Under the pieces are notes generated by a model. It was not told where the DNA came from. It ran no database searches and was given only the letters and a program-made list of their open reading frames with translations. A stretch of 64,000 bases of DNA, from positions 50,847 through 114,846 of IMG/VR virus record IMGVR_UViG_3300030099_003199. One strand, given 5' to 3'. Made by a program: the position numbers and the translations under genes. Positions 25,401-37,000 of the stretch are shown here, in pieces. The stretch comes from a virus (Duplodnaviria; Caudoviricetes). How positions within the stretch are numbered: position 1 is the first letter of the stretch; each line of letters begins with the position of its first letter.

Positions 25401-28006
25401 ATTAATGCAAGAAGAGTATCTCTTGATGTAGCCATATCACCTGTTTGATATTCTACATAACCTATATCTCTAGCTGTTGTTAATAGTTCATCTAACTCAG
25501 CTGGAGTAAAATCTCTACTAGACTGATCAATCACTAATTGTCTAACATAATTTTCTATTGCAAGATCAATTGATCCTCTTTGTACTATTGTACCATCTGG
25601 ACTTACAATACCAACAATTTGATTTAATTTATCTTTTAGTTTATTAATATAAATAAGTTGATTCTTTGATAAACCATCACTAACTGTAATATTTGTTAAT
25701 CCTCTATATGATTCAACAAATTTTTGCCAAGCTAAAACTTTTTTTATGTAATCAGGTTTACCAAAATTATCTGGATCAGCTACATAATCTAAAAACTCAT
25801 CTATTTGGTCAATGCTTTCTCTAACTAAATCAATATATACTTTGTCAATAGTTTCTGGATTTAAAAAACTATTTTCAATCATAGATCTAGACATGCTAAT
25901 AGAACGTAATATTGCAGCTCTACCTTTATCCATTGATATTACACTTCTAGCATTTTTTATTGCTTGTTCTTTTGTAATTAAACCTTCTCTATAGTTTTTT
26001 AAAGCTTTAAATAATGAATCGTATAAAGGTCTATTTTCTTCTGATGCAAAGTCTAACACGTCTTCTGCATATTCATCAGAATCCCAATCTTCTATTGCTT
26101 CTGGATTCCTCATTTGATCCATAATTTGATCAACTACCATTTTATTTTCTTCAGCTATATCTAAAGGAATAATTTGATCAACTATGTATTGATTTTCTGA
26201 AGCTGCATGTAGTATTGTACCATCTAAAAATCCATCTTTTGTTCTATCTAAGTTTATAGTCATAGTTCCTTCATCAACCATAAATCCAAGATTTTCCAAT
26301 ATTCTTTTTGTTAAGGCCATTTGCAAACCTGTAAACATTTTTGCTGTTACAGTGGTTTGAATATTTTTCTTAACTAGTATACTATTAGCTCCTAAATCAA
26401 AATTTGTAGTATTATATTCACTTTTTGAAATTGATCCTGTATTAGCAAAATTTATAATTTGCATATTTCCAAAAGGATCTACTCTTAATAAATCTATTCT
26501 TTGAGTCAAACCTGTTGCAGGATCTGATACAATAACATTAGGAAGAAATACAGAACGGTCATCTCTCATACCTTCCATTCTTGCTAACATCATTTTATAT
26601 ACTTCTTCAAATTGTGAATCTATTTTTTCAGAATCAAAAGGAGCTCCTATTGATAAACCATTAAAAATAGCAGTTGTACTTTCATCAAAAATTAAACTTT
26701 CTAAAGGATGATTTTCTACACCAAGAATAGAATTTTCTATATTTGGTAATACTTCTGCTGTATCAACATTAATAAATTGATCATTTTCTTTCTTTACTCT
26801 AGATGTAGCAAGTTGATCTATTTCAGTTTTTGAACTATATGCTTGATGAAAAAGTTGATCAACAATTTGTGTTTGTACGGTTGTAGCAGCTTGATTTTTT
26901 ATTGTATCTAATATACTTTTTTGTTCTGGTGCTAATGAATATCTTAATTCTTCTAATGCTGTAGGATTTAATTCAAATGACAAGCTTTCTGTGTTTAACA
27001 TTTTAACTACATCAGTAAGAGTCATGTTAGAATTTAAATCTTTAACTGTAAGTTTTTTACCTGTTAACGCACTATATAAAGATTTAACAACATCTGCAAA
27101 CCAATTTAAAAATTCTCTAACAGCACGTAAAAATCCTATTTTAGGTTTGCCACTTTCTTTATTAAAATGTTTTGATAAAAGCTGTGTTACAAATTCTAAT
27201 GCTGTATCTTTTGATTGAAAGCCTAATGCAGGATCATATACACCAGCTATTTCTTCTGCTAACTCACTATCTAACTCTAATCCTTCTACTAGTAAATTAT
27301 CAAATAGTGCTCTGTTATCTAGATATAATGCATCTACAAAAGGATGCAACATTTCTTCAATAGCTGTTGCATTGGTAACTCTACCTTTTATTAAAACAGC
27401 TGTACCATTATAAAAGAATGAATTAACTTTATTCCAAGGCACATTTCTTTTTCTATAATAAGGAATAGCATCATATATTGTTTTTGCTTGAGATGCCTCT
27501 AGTACAGTATATTTAACTTGTGGAAACATTTTAGTTAAATGATCTAACACTGGTAAAGACTTAGCAGAATCTTTTGATATATATGTGTTGCCATTAAGAA
27601 CTGTATCATTTACAACAGCTCTAAACATATGTGCTTTTTTTGTTCCTTTAAATATTATTGAATCTTGTTTAAAACCGTTAAACGTTAAATAATCTCTAAT
27701 ACGTTTATGTGTATCTCTTACTAAACTTTTATTAGTTTCTATAATAAAATAATCATTACCTATTTTTTTAATAAAACCTTTTGACTGTAAATTTCTTAAT
27801 AATACTTTACCTTCATTTTTAGCTTTAGCTTTTGTTAATAAAGCTTGTGCCCTAATCATATTTTTAGCATCTATAACACTAGGAATAGTATCTGTTTTTT
27901 CTATTTTTTGATAATCAGATATAATAGAATCTACAGTATATGAACTAACATACTCTCCAAGCAATGCTTTGTATTCAGTTGTATTTTTATTGTAACAAGT
28001 AGCCAT
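22466..28006 (-). CDS. Large virion cargo/ejection protein (crAss-like) with degenerate zincin-like and PD-(D/E)XK-like regions
   Basis: 1846 aa, directly downstream of the RNAP polyprotein; EEMLHPF (27344-27358); RIDLL...IINF; helical C-terminal region with QFHKWV and EGRY motifs. Confidence 0.7.
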   Translation of the reverse strand: MATCYNKNTTEYKALLGEYVSSYTVDSIISDYQKIEKTDTIPSVIDAKNMIRAQALLTKAKAKNEGKVLLRNLQSKGFIKKIGNDYFIIETNKSLVRDTHKRIRDYLTFNGFKQDSIIFKGTKKAHMFRAVVNDTVLNGNTYISKDSAKSLPVLDHLTKMFPQVKYTVLEASQAKTIYDAIPYYRKRNVPWNKVNSFFYNGTAVLIKGRVTNATAIEEMLHPFVDALYLDNRALFDNLLVEGLELDSELAEEIAGVYDPALGFQSKDTALEFVTQLLSKHFNKESGKPKIGFLRAVREFLNWFADVVKSLYSALTGKKLTVKDLNSNMTLTDVVKMLNTESLSFELNPTALEELRYSLAPEQKSILDTIKNQAATTVQTQIVDQLFHQAYSSKTEIDQLATSRVKKENDQFINVDTAEVLPNIENSILGVENHPLESLIFDESTTAIFNGLSIGAPFDSEKIDSQFEEVYKMMLARMEGMRDDRSVFLPNVIVSDPATGLTQRIDLLRVDPFGNMQIINFANTGSISKSEYNTTNFDLGANSILVKKNIQTTVTAKMFTGLQMALTKRILENLGFMVDEGTMTINLDRTKDGFLDGTILHAASENQYIVDQIIPLDIAEENKMVVDQIMDQMRNPEAIEDWDSDEYAEDVLDFASEENRPLYDSLFKALKNYREGLITKEQAIKNARSVISMDKGRAAILRSISMSRSMIENSFLNPETIDKVYIDLVRESIDQIDEFLDYVADPDNFGKPDYIKKVLAWQKFVESYRGLTNITVSDGLSKNQLIYINKLKDKLNQIVGIVSPDGTIVQRGSIDLAIENYVRQLVIDQSSRDFTPAELDELLTTARDIGYVEYQTGDMATSRDTLLALMDKIFKRDRQRVLDKIQARAPRIKRAAMKLAKLTGSERIDYSFMIEFDENGEPTGRYVKKTSSAFYAELNRLKQPLINEDGSWKEFIDIENLEDATQEQINYNRKLMADRDAYFAFKRAENRGDDGYSDGDNFKYTDEFKRARSRFEIFVINANGGGFWTKKSTVSNKAYLRYLAKYYNTFGEEARIAKPVIDVNGNFTGQVYYVKNASYVKPEYKEINYNNPNWINDKWSKLQNPTTELEKAQSEYYNMYIDVFENELVNLIPENISMIGRLPTIEGRPTSKLKDKPNSVGSIFSKMSTKIRNYFSPSTVIKRAVRDEHGNIITDSLPLYYVGSIVQEKDIENAYNALDQIATLYNNAKTAEEKEKYRKQLKTQRGKIKSLESKPTARTLNLDLTESLIKFSAMAENYQIMSQSEDTFHAMIKVIENRQYTNSKGDIIIQDEEGKEVGKKGKVKGNLEANMTKRAKKWMKMVYYDNDNDTRTFFDKVSKGLISATSLAYVGFNVFGNLNNYVFGRVSNAIETAGGRFFSTKAMMKTTARFQRAMFDNLAGATKAATQRYRRYEDDQQKGKWNAVVMYFRMLDSKQDMRESQYKSENTSVRSAAKDMFTEGGSDNVIRFLRSGWDRFHEFGYIIQDAGEYNVQTKIGNAILESTTMKNSKTGETMSLWDALIWDNKALTMKVKDGFDKVIFYNQTKERNWDDNARYDLRNYIREVNKQVHGNYAYEDRMVMQSTAVGQLAAQFHKWVAPAIKARFRPEYFDENLGWMEGRYLTFWNFLGYAYKNLQDIGNIANNYKEFNGEKGQRKLQNVYRTMGEIGIIMTTVLLKMLLSDMMGDDDDEERGGTTRRDVDDSDSVLRKRLRNVFLYQLDRTHKDLVTFMPIPGTGGLTQLYQLFKSPIASTRTLGELGEALEYTVGTSLSYAFMDDESFMESKWVYQRPKARRGQLKLGKQWGDALPILYTINRWKSYDNVSDFFIK

Positions 28007-28014
28007 AGGTCTTT

Positions 28015-31000
28015 TTATTTAAGATAACATTTTTTAAGGTTTTCTATATATTCATTAGGATCTTTTGGATATGATAAATAAGCTTTCATTATTTCATCTT
28101 TAGATCCAAGTTTTTGTTGCTCTTCTGACGTTAAGCTATCATAAAAGGATTCTACTAATGCATCATTGCTTAATTCTAATTCGTTTATAATATCATCTTG
28201 TGTAGATTGTATAGCCATTAAAACATCTGCTGGATTAACATCATCATCAGTTTCAATATCAACATCTTCTGGATCACCATAATCAATATCCTCTACATCA
28301 TCCACTGGTTCTTCTACATCAATATCATCTAATAACTCTGCACCTTCCATATCAATAGCAAAAGCATCTCTTTTATCTTCCTCAAATTTATTTATTTGTT
28401 GTTCAGATGGTCTATTACCAAATAAGAATCCAGTAGGATTTTGATCTTTAGATCCTTGAGGACCTTCTTCTATAATTGTGTATTCAGCATAATTACCTAC
28501 AACTTGAGTTTGTCCTTCGTCTAATAATTGATTTAAATCAGAAGTTGATTGATATTTACCATCTTGCTGATATTTATTTAAAACTAAAAGTACAGTTCTT
28601 CCATCTGATAATGTTTTTCTCATTACTAAAGGTAAATATAACTGAGTCTTTTTAATAAATTGATTTGGCTTATTACCATATCTTATATTAACATATTCAC
28701 TCGTAATTCCTTTTTGCCTCAGTTTATTTAAATTTTCTCTAAGAATAACTTTAACATCATCACTATTTTGATTTTGACTAAATTGTCCTCTTGGTGTTTT
28801 AACTTTATTATTAAAGAAAGTTGGTAGTCCTGCATACATTGCTATAGTTGCAATACCTTTATCTAAGTCAATTACAAATGGTTCACTACTTGCATCAATT
28901 TGTTTTCTTTTATCAATTTGAATATTTGTTTTGTTTTTGTATATATTTTCTCCTTTGTTATTTTTAACAATTACAATTTGAGATTGTGCTTGTTTTAATC
29001 CTCTTATATATGCTGCTGATAGATCATCTTTCATATCTACTGTAGTAAAATCTGTAGCATCTGTTAAAATATCACCATAACTTGCTAATGAGTTTCCACC
29101 TATATTTTTATTTAATTCAGATTGAAAAGCATATTTAACAAGTAAAGTTAATAAAGATAAATTTTCTCTTCCTTTTGTTTCTCTAGTATATCCACCTATC
29201 TTACCTTCAGAAGCTTTTTTTCTATAATCTTTATCAGCAGCTTTATTAAATTTACCTGTTTTATTAACCTGATAAGCATGATCAACACTAAAGTATTTTT
29301 TACCTTTATACATAAATGCTTTTGGTGCTGTCATTGATAAAGCAGATGACTCAGAATCATTATCAACTATTGTAGATCCTTTTGGTTCATATTCTAATAT
29401 TGTAATTACATTAGGTCTAATTTCTGGCTCTATAATTTCTTCTGTTTTAATTTCAACAACAGGACTATTCTTTCCTGTTTTTTCATCTACATTTTTAACA
29501 TGATATTGAGCTGATGTTGACTGGAGATAATTAAAAACTAAATAATTAGATAACTCTTGTTTAGTTAATCCAAATACTCTATTAAATGCTGCATCTGTTT
29601 GTTTATTAGAATTAAATAAAGTTTGTACCGCATCTATTGAATTTAATATTTGTTTTTTAAGTTCTGCAGGAATTAAATCAATAAAAGTTCCACGGTTGTT
29701 TTTATTAAAACCATCTTTAACTAATAAATAATGTATTAAAGAAACAGAATCTATATGTGTGTTGGGATCACTATACAAATCTAAAAATGAATTTTGTATG
29801 TTTTGTATATCTGAATCACTTAACTTTGTAAAATTATTTGCTACAATTTTATCTATACCAGTGTAATTGTCTTCATTTAATGCAGTTCTCAAATGTAAAA
29901 AATCATCTAAAAAATAATTGTATGATTTTTTGTTTGCTATTAATCTATTAAATACTTCAGTTATGTGAAGATTTTGATTAATTGGATTACCATAATGATC
30001 ACCATTATATATAAGAGCATTATTCAAGCTATCTTGTGTAGTTTGTTTACCTGAACCCTCTTGTTCATTTTCAGAAACATTTTCAAATGAATTAATATAT
30101 GCTAGTGTATTTAAGAAAGTAGTTATATTATTAACTAAAATTTCTTGATCTTTTTGTTCTCTCATGTTAACCATGTTAGACATCATAAGATCTTTTAAAT
30201 ATTTAAAATCTTTTGAAGATTCTAAGAATAACTTAGGAAATAAATAATCATATGATTCTCTAAATATTGTATAATAATTTACATGTAAAGAAGGTTTAAC
30301 ATTATATTTAGACATAAACACAGGTCTAAAATCAAATGGAATTGTATTAGGATTTTTTGCACTACCAGCCCATTCTTTATCGCTCATTAAAAAACCTAAA
30401 CTTTCAGCTGCTTCTTGTATTCTATCTGCATCTATTAAATCTTCACCAAATGTTTTTTGTAAATTTAATAAAGTAGTAACATTTCTTAACATTTCTTGCT
30501 GATCATATACAATTAAGAATTCTTTAATAGTAAGTAATTCTTCAGCTAAACCAAATCTAACATCTTCAGTTACATCTTCTACATCTAATGTAGATATATC
30601 ATATAATTCATATGGATTATTTGCTTTTTCTTCTAATAAAGTTCTTGTTATTGCTACTTTAGGTATTTTAATATTATTGTTTTTCATAAATTCAATAATA
30701 CTTATAGCTTTTCTTTCTAATAGTTTTCTAATACCTGGATCAGTAGGATCTTCTTTATTTATAGCTTTAAAGAAATTATCTCTAATAACCGGTTGATTCA
30801 TTAACAAAATAGAAGTTTTAATATCAACTCCCATACCAGTCATCATAGTTACCATTGCAAGAGCAGTTTTATTTAAACCAAGTTTATCAGCTAATCTTTC
30901 CTTAGCATTATCTGTCATTGCAGTAATTAAAGCAGAAATAACATATTGAGTTCTGTAACCTTGATTATCTTGTTTACCTGTTTCAGGATCAATTGTATAA

Positions 31001-34000
31001 TCAACAAAATCTCTATATTGAATACCATCAATAGTTAAAGCAGGAATTATATCTCTTCCGTTTTTATCTTTTAATGTTCTTACAGATACTCCAAATTCTT
31101 TAGCTATATTAATAACTAAGTTTGGTGATACTGATGAACCAATGTTTTTAGCACCTTCTTTATTAGCTTTAAATACTAAAAGTTTTCCTCTAAGATTATC
31201 TATATCAATATCTTCTTCAGATACAATTTCAGCTAGCTGTGGTAAATTAGCTTTTATATAATCCCATACACCAGCATTTTCAGCTCCTAAAACTTCTGCA
31301 GCATTTGCATCAGTTAATGGTTTTAAGTTTGCAGGTTCTTGAGCTACTCCCAGTTCTCTACCATTTCTTGGTTTAATCATACCAGGATTACCTTGTAAAA
31401 TAAATTTATAATCTAATATTTTATTGTCATTAGCGTCAGAATAAGGCTCTCTTCCTTTATATTTTTCTTTATATGCATTATACTGCTCTTCACTAACTGG
31501 TAAACCAATGTTTTCCATACCTATTCTAGCAATAATTTCAGATTCATTTAATATATTTATTTCTTCTGGTGTCATATTAGACCACTCATTTAAATTAAAT
31601 TCTAAATCAGGATTAGAAGTTAAATATATATCAATAGATTCTCTAATTGGAGTACCTTTTTGTTTAGCTTGATTAAGAGCCCATGTTAAATAATGATTGT
31701 ATTTTTCTTTTTCTGTTTTTGCTTTACCAAATTCTACAAACTTTCCTTTGTCAACAAAGAAAGATTTTATTTGCATATAAATTTTATCAATATCAAAGTC
31801 AGCTCCAGATAATTCAACTAACTCTCTAGCAAACATTGCAGATGATCCGTAGTATACAGGTAAGAAATCTACAAATTTTATATTTACAGCAGAGTGTTTA
31901 TCTTGAGATGGAATTCTAATACCATATGCCATTGCTAATACATCAGGAATAGCCGCATCTGCAGGTAAATTTTCTAATATAGATTTAAAATGAGGAGGCA
32001 TGACAGATTCAGTATAAACTACTCCTGACTCAGAACCATCTTCATTATACATCATAACATCAGATCTAAGTCTATCAAAAAAGTAATCTCCAACTTGCAA
32101 CCCTTCAGGTAAACCACTTAAAGAACCAATATTAGATAACTTTGCTGCTGCACCTTGTGCTTCTAATTGCTCCCACTTTGCTTGTCTTATTACTTCCCAC
32201 TCTAATGGTACACCGTTTTCATCTACTCTTTTGACTCTTTTTGGAAATAACATACCATCATCAGAAACAAGAGCAGCACTTATACCAGGTTGTCTAGCAG
32301 AAATAGTTCCTTTTCCTAAGAATGTAAAGAATAGTTGTTGGAATTTTTTTCTTGTTAGTTGGTTATTTAAATTAAATTTAGGTTCACCTGTACCATCTTC
32401 ATTCATTTCAAAGTATGATAGCATATCACTTTTAGCTTGTGAAGATGTTAATCCTGCTATAGCAAACTTTAAAAATGCATTTAAGTTAATATTTATTTTT
32501 TGTGCTGTTTGTGGGTTTAAGAAATCATTTAATATTTCATCAAAATTAAATACTAAATTTCTTTTTGCAAACCAGTTAACTGCTAGTTTATTATTTTGAG
32601 CTTGATGATATAAATTAATAATATCACCTACTGAAAACTCAACACCATCCCAAATTACTTTAGAATTTAAATCTTGCTCAGATGTAATTAGATTTTTTAT
32701 TTGACGTGGATCAACAATTTCTACCTTATTAGAAGGAACAACCATTTGCTTACGCATATATCTAGCATTAAGCTTTGTTATATTATCTTCACTAATACTA
32801 GAATTATTAAAAGTTTCAGTGTTACCTAACATGTTAGACTTCATCATCTTAGATGCAGAAGCAGGAACTGCAATTGCAATAGCATTATTATCTTGTTCCC
32901 ATTTTTCTAACTTAACTCTTAAATTATGTAATTTTTCTCTTCCAGGAATAGGAATAGTAAAGTTTCCGTTTTCATCCATTCTAGAAGTAAGTAATGGAGT
33001 TAAAACAAATGCAGACATTTTTAGATAAACTTTACCATCGCCATATACAAGCTTTTGTGAATTCATAATAGCATTCATTTGCTTATATGATTCAGCTGTT
33101 AATGTTCCAAAAAATTCTTCATTTATTTCTACTTCTTTACCTGCTTCAATTTTATCTAACACAGCTGCAACTTGTGGTGTTAATTCTCCAAGACCATATA
33201 AGAAATGTCTATTTGCTTTTTGTGTAATTAACATTTGACCATCACCTCTTTCACCAGGGTCTGAGTCTAATTGCTTATCTTCACTACGTATATTTTCAAA
33301 CTCTTTTTCATATAAACTATCTTTATATAGAAGCATGTCTATATCTTCAGTAGTTTGTTCTATACCAAGTGCTGGATCTATAATATCAGAATACACATTA
33401 GAACCAGCTGCATTTTGCATTTTTGCACGTTTGATAGCATCAATTGCATTTTTTAATGATAAACGTTGATCTCCTAATAATGCATCATTAATTGAAATAG
33501 TATTTATATAATCATTTAAAAATATCTGAGTAAGATTATATCTTAAATCATCAACCTTTAAATTATATAACTCCATCATTTCTCCTGTCAACTCTATATC
33601 TATATCGTTAATAATTGTACCACTTCCACTATCTTCAATTACACCTAATCCTTTTCTAATATCAGGTGATATTTTACCTATAGCTTTAAAATCACCTAAT
33701 AATGCTACAAATTCATTTGCTTCATTAAACAATCTATTTTCTATAATTTTCTTACCATCTATAGCTTTAAATGCTTCTGCAAATGATGCTCCATCATTTA
33801 TTAATTGTTCAAATATTTCAGCAGGTGTAGAATCAACTTCAAGAATGTCTATAGTTTCTTGACCTGTTTTATCTGTTTGGATTTTTACATCTGATTTTTC
33901 TGAAACAGGATCTGTAAAATTAATTTTTACTAAAGAAACTTTACCTCTAAAAAATTCAGCAACTTCAAAACCATAAGTATAATAAACTTGTTCTGCATCA

Positions 34001-37000
34001 GTACCTTTAAATAAAGTAAATGCATGTTGTTTTTTGTTTTGTTTTTCTTTAGTTACATATGGACCTAGATCTTCAATTAATTTTTCTACTTGATCGCTTG
34101 ATAAATTTTCAATATTAATCAATCCTTCATTTTTCATTAATAATGATGTAGGTTGTGATTCAACTACTGTCAAATCAATTAAACCTTCCGTACCTTCTGT
34201 TAAACCTACTTTATCTGTTTTATCTATATCTAATAAATGTACTGTTTGTTTACCAGAACGTATAGAATTTTGAGCATCTTGACCTATTCCAGGATTCTTA
34301 TATGTTTTTACATTTCTTATTCTAGTTTTTAATGGTGATAATAATTTTTTACCATTATGTGATAATTCAAATAATCTACCAGAATTAGTTCTTTGTCCCT
34401 TACTGTTTGTGTTACCTCCAATAATATCATCTTGTGTTTCAGTCTCTGGATCTAATTCTTTTTGGATAGCCTTAACATCTCTTTTAATAATATTTTCAAA
34501 TGCTTTATATGCTTGATCAGTCAGATTAACCGTTCCATCTGCATCAAACTCAATCATTTTATGTATAGGAAGCATTGCAAAGTCACCTGTATTACTAGCT
34601 TCAATAACACGTATAAGATTAGGAGAAATAGCAAACTCAACTGTTTCTTTAGTTACTGGATCAATATAACTACCTTTAAGTGATTTATCAGGATTTACTC
34701 TATTATATCCAGCAGTATAATTATTTACTAATGTTACAATAAATTGTTGAGGTGTAAAAGAACCATACTTTGTACCTTGTCTGTTTGCTTTATTATAGCC
34801 TTTGTTTTCTTTTACAATACCTTCTGCAGTTAAATTTGCTACACCAACTTTTTGACCAGACATACGCATAACTTTGATCTGACCTTTTTCTTGCATTGAT
34901 TTAAACTTTTCATCAGTTAACAAAAAGTTATCTTCTAAAAATGGATCTTCTGCAATTCTATTTTCTACATAATTTTCTTCTGTAGTCATTCTTGCTAATT
35001 CAACAAGATGAAATGTAGGTCTTTGATGTCCATAAATTCTATTACCTTCTTCATTTATAAATGTAGATGCACCAACTGTTTCATCAAAATAAGCATTGTT
35101 TAAAGATATTTTTCTTAATCTACCTTTAACACCACCTTCATAATATTGTTGAGTATCATCTGTAGCTTCATCAACATCTTCACTATCTAATTCTTGATTA
35201 TCTAAAAATAAATTTTCACCTGAGTTTAATGCTTGTACAATTTCAGATAATTCCTCTGCTGAAATAGGATCAGCAAATTGATTCATATCAAATAGTAATT
35301 TTTGTGACTCAGGAATTTCTATATTTAAATCAATTAATCTACTATAAAGACTAAACAAAATATAGTTAGAATCAAACTTCATGCCTGTTGTATTAAAAAT
35401 TAAATCAGATATTGCTATTGATTCATTTATAATATCCATTTTTTCAGGAATAGATGGCATATTTAAAAATCCAGATAATCTATTTATAGCATTTCTTGCA
35501 GCTTTATTTTCTTTACTACCAACTATTCTTATTTCTGAATATTTTCTATTAAAATTTTCTGCCCATTGAACTAAAGTATTATGAGCATCGTCTGCTTTAT
35601 TAGCTTCAAATATTTGTACAACTCCTGTATTTTTATCAACTAATTGAATTAAATAAGGAACGGTATAATTTTCAAACTGATTGTTAATCATGTTATACAA
35701 TGTAGATCTTATACCTGTTTTACTTTCTAAACTTGGAAATGGTTGAGCTGGATCAAATAATGTTCCATCTTGAGCAGCTTCTAATAATCCTAGTTGTTTA
35801 AACATTTCTATAACAACTGCTCTTGTTTCTACATTGCTACCTTGTGACCATACCCAAAGTTTTTTCATTCTTTTTTTAGCACTTGGTTCATTAGCAACAG
35901 CTTTTAAAATTGAATCATATACTTTACTATAGTTAACACCAACTCTAATAGGTTCATTTTTATTTTCTCCTATAATCTTATTACCAAACATGTCTTGGTT
36001 ATCAATACTAACCGTAGCAAATAACTCTCTAATTAATCTTGGTGCACTTTCAAAACCACCAATCATTTCAGAAGTTTTGTCCCATTGATCAACTGTAATA
36101 TCTCCTAGATCTGCTTCTTCTTGCTCTAATTCTTCTTGATTTAATAAAATAGAATTACTTACTTCATCTAATCTTAGTCTAACAAGTTCTTTTAAATCAT
36201 CCTTTTGAAGTTTTAATGAGTTATAATAATTTTGAAGTTTTAGCATATTATCTTTATACCACATAAAACCTTTGTCCTTATAGAACTGTCTTTCTGGGTT
36301 ATAGTTTTCAATAATATCATTTAAAACACCATCTAGCATTTCAGCAGTATTAACATTGCCTTTTGCATTGTTTTTTCTCATAATAAACAAATTAGCCGCA
36401 GATGATGTAATAATATGCTGATCATCACTAGGCATAAAATTTGTTATAGTTTTAAATTGTTCACCAGTATTAGTTACTGTTTTAATTTTTTTAGTACCTA
36501 AAGTAAGAGACTTATATGCAACAGAAGGTGTAGAAGATGCAGCAGTGGTAAATCTATTTTCTTGCACTCCTGCACGTTTGTATTTACCATTGTTTATGTC
36601 TCTATATAATCTGTTAAGTTTGTATGTTGGGAAACCTAATAACTCTTTAATAAAATCTAAAATCTTTTGGAATAAGCTTTTAGTTTCAGAGCTAGCATTT
36701 GTTTTTTGTTTCATTTTAAATGCCTCAAACTCATCTGCCATAAACTCTTCTAAATATCTTTCTTCTAATTCTTTTCTAGATAGTTTAGCATATACACCAT
36801 GTGATTTTCTAAATAATGCTAATTCATCAGTTAATGATTTACCTTCACGTCTTAGTTTTGCAAGAACATCTTTTTTTGCAGATTTTAAATATCTTTTTAT
36901 TTCTGCTTCTGTTAAGAACATTCTAAATACAGCGTGAAATGCTTCATGATATTTAAAAGGATTATTAGTACCTACAGAAATTTCTCCAGATAAACCTAAA

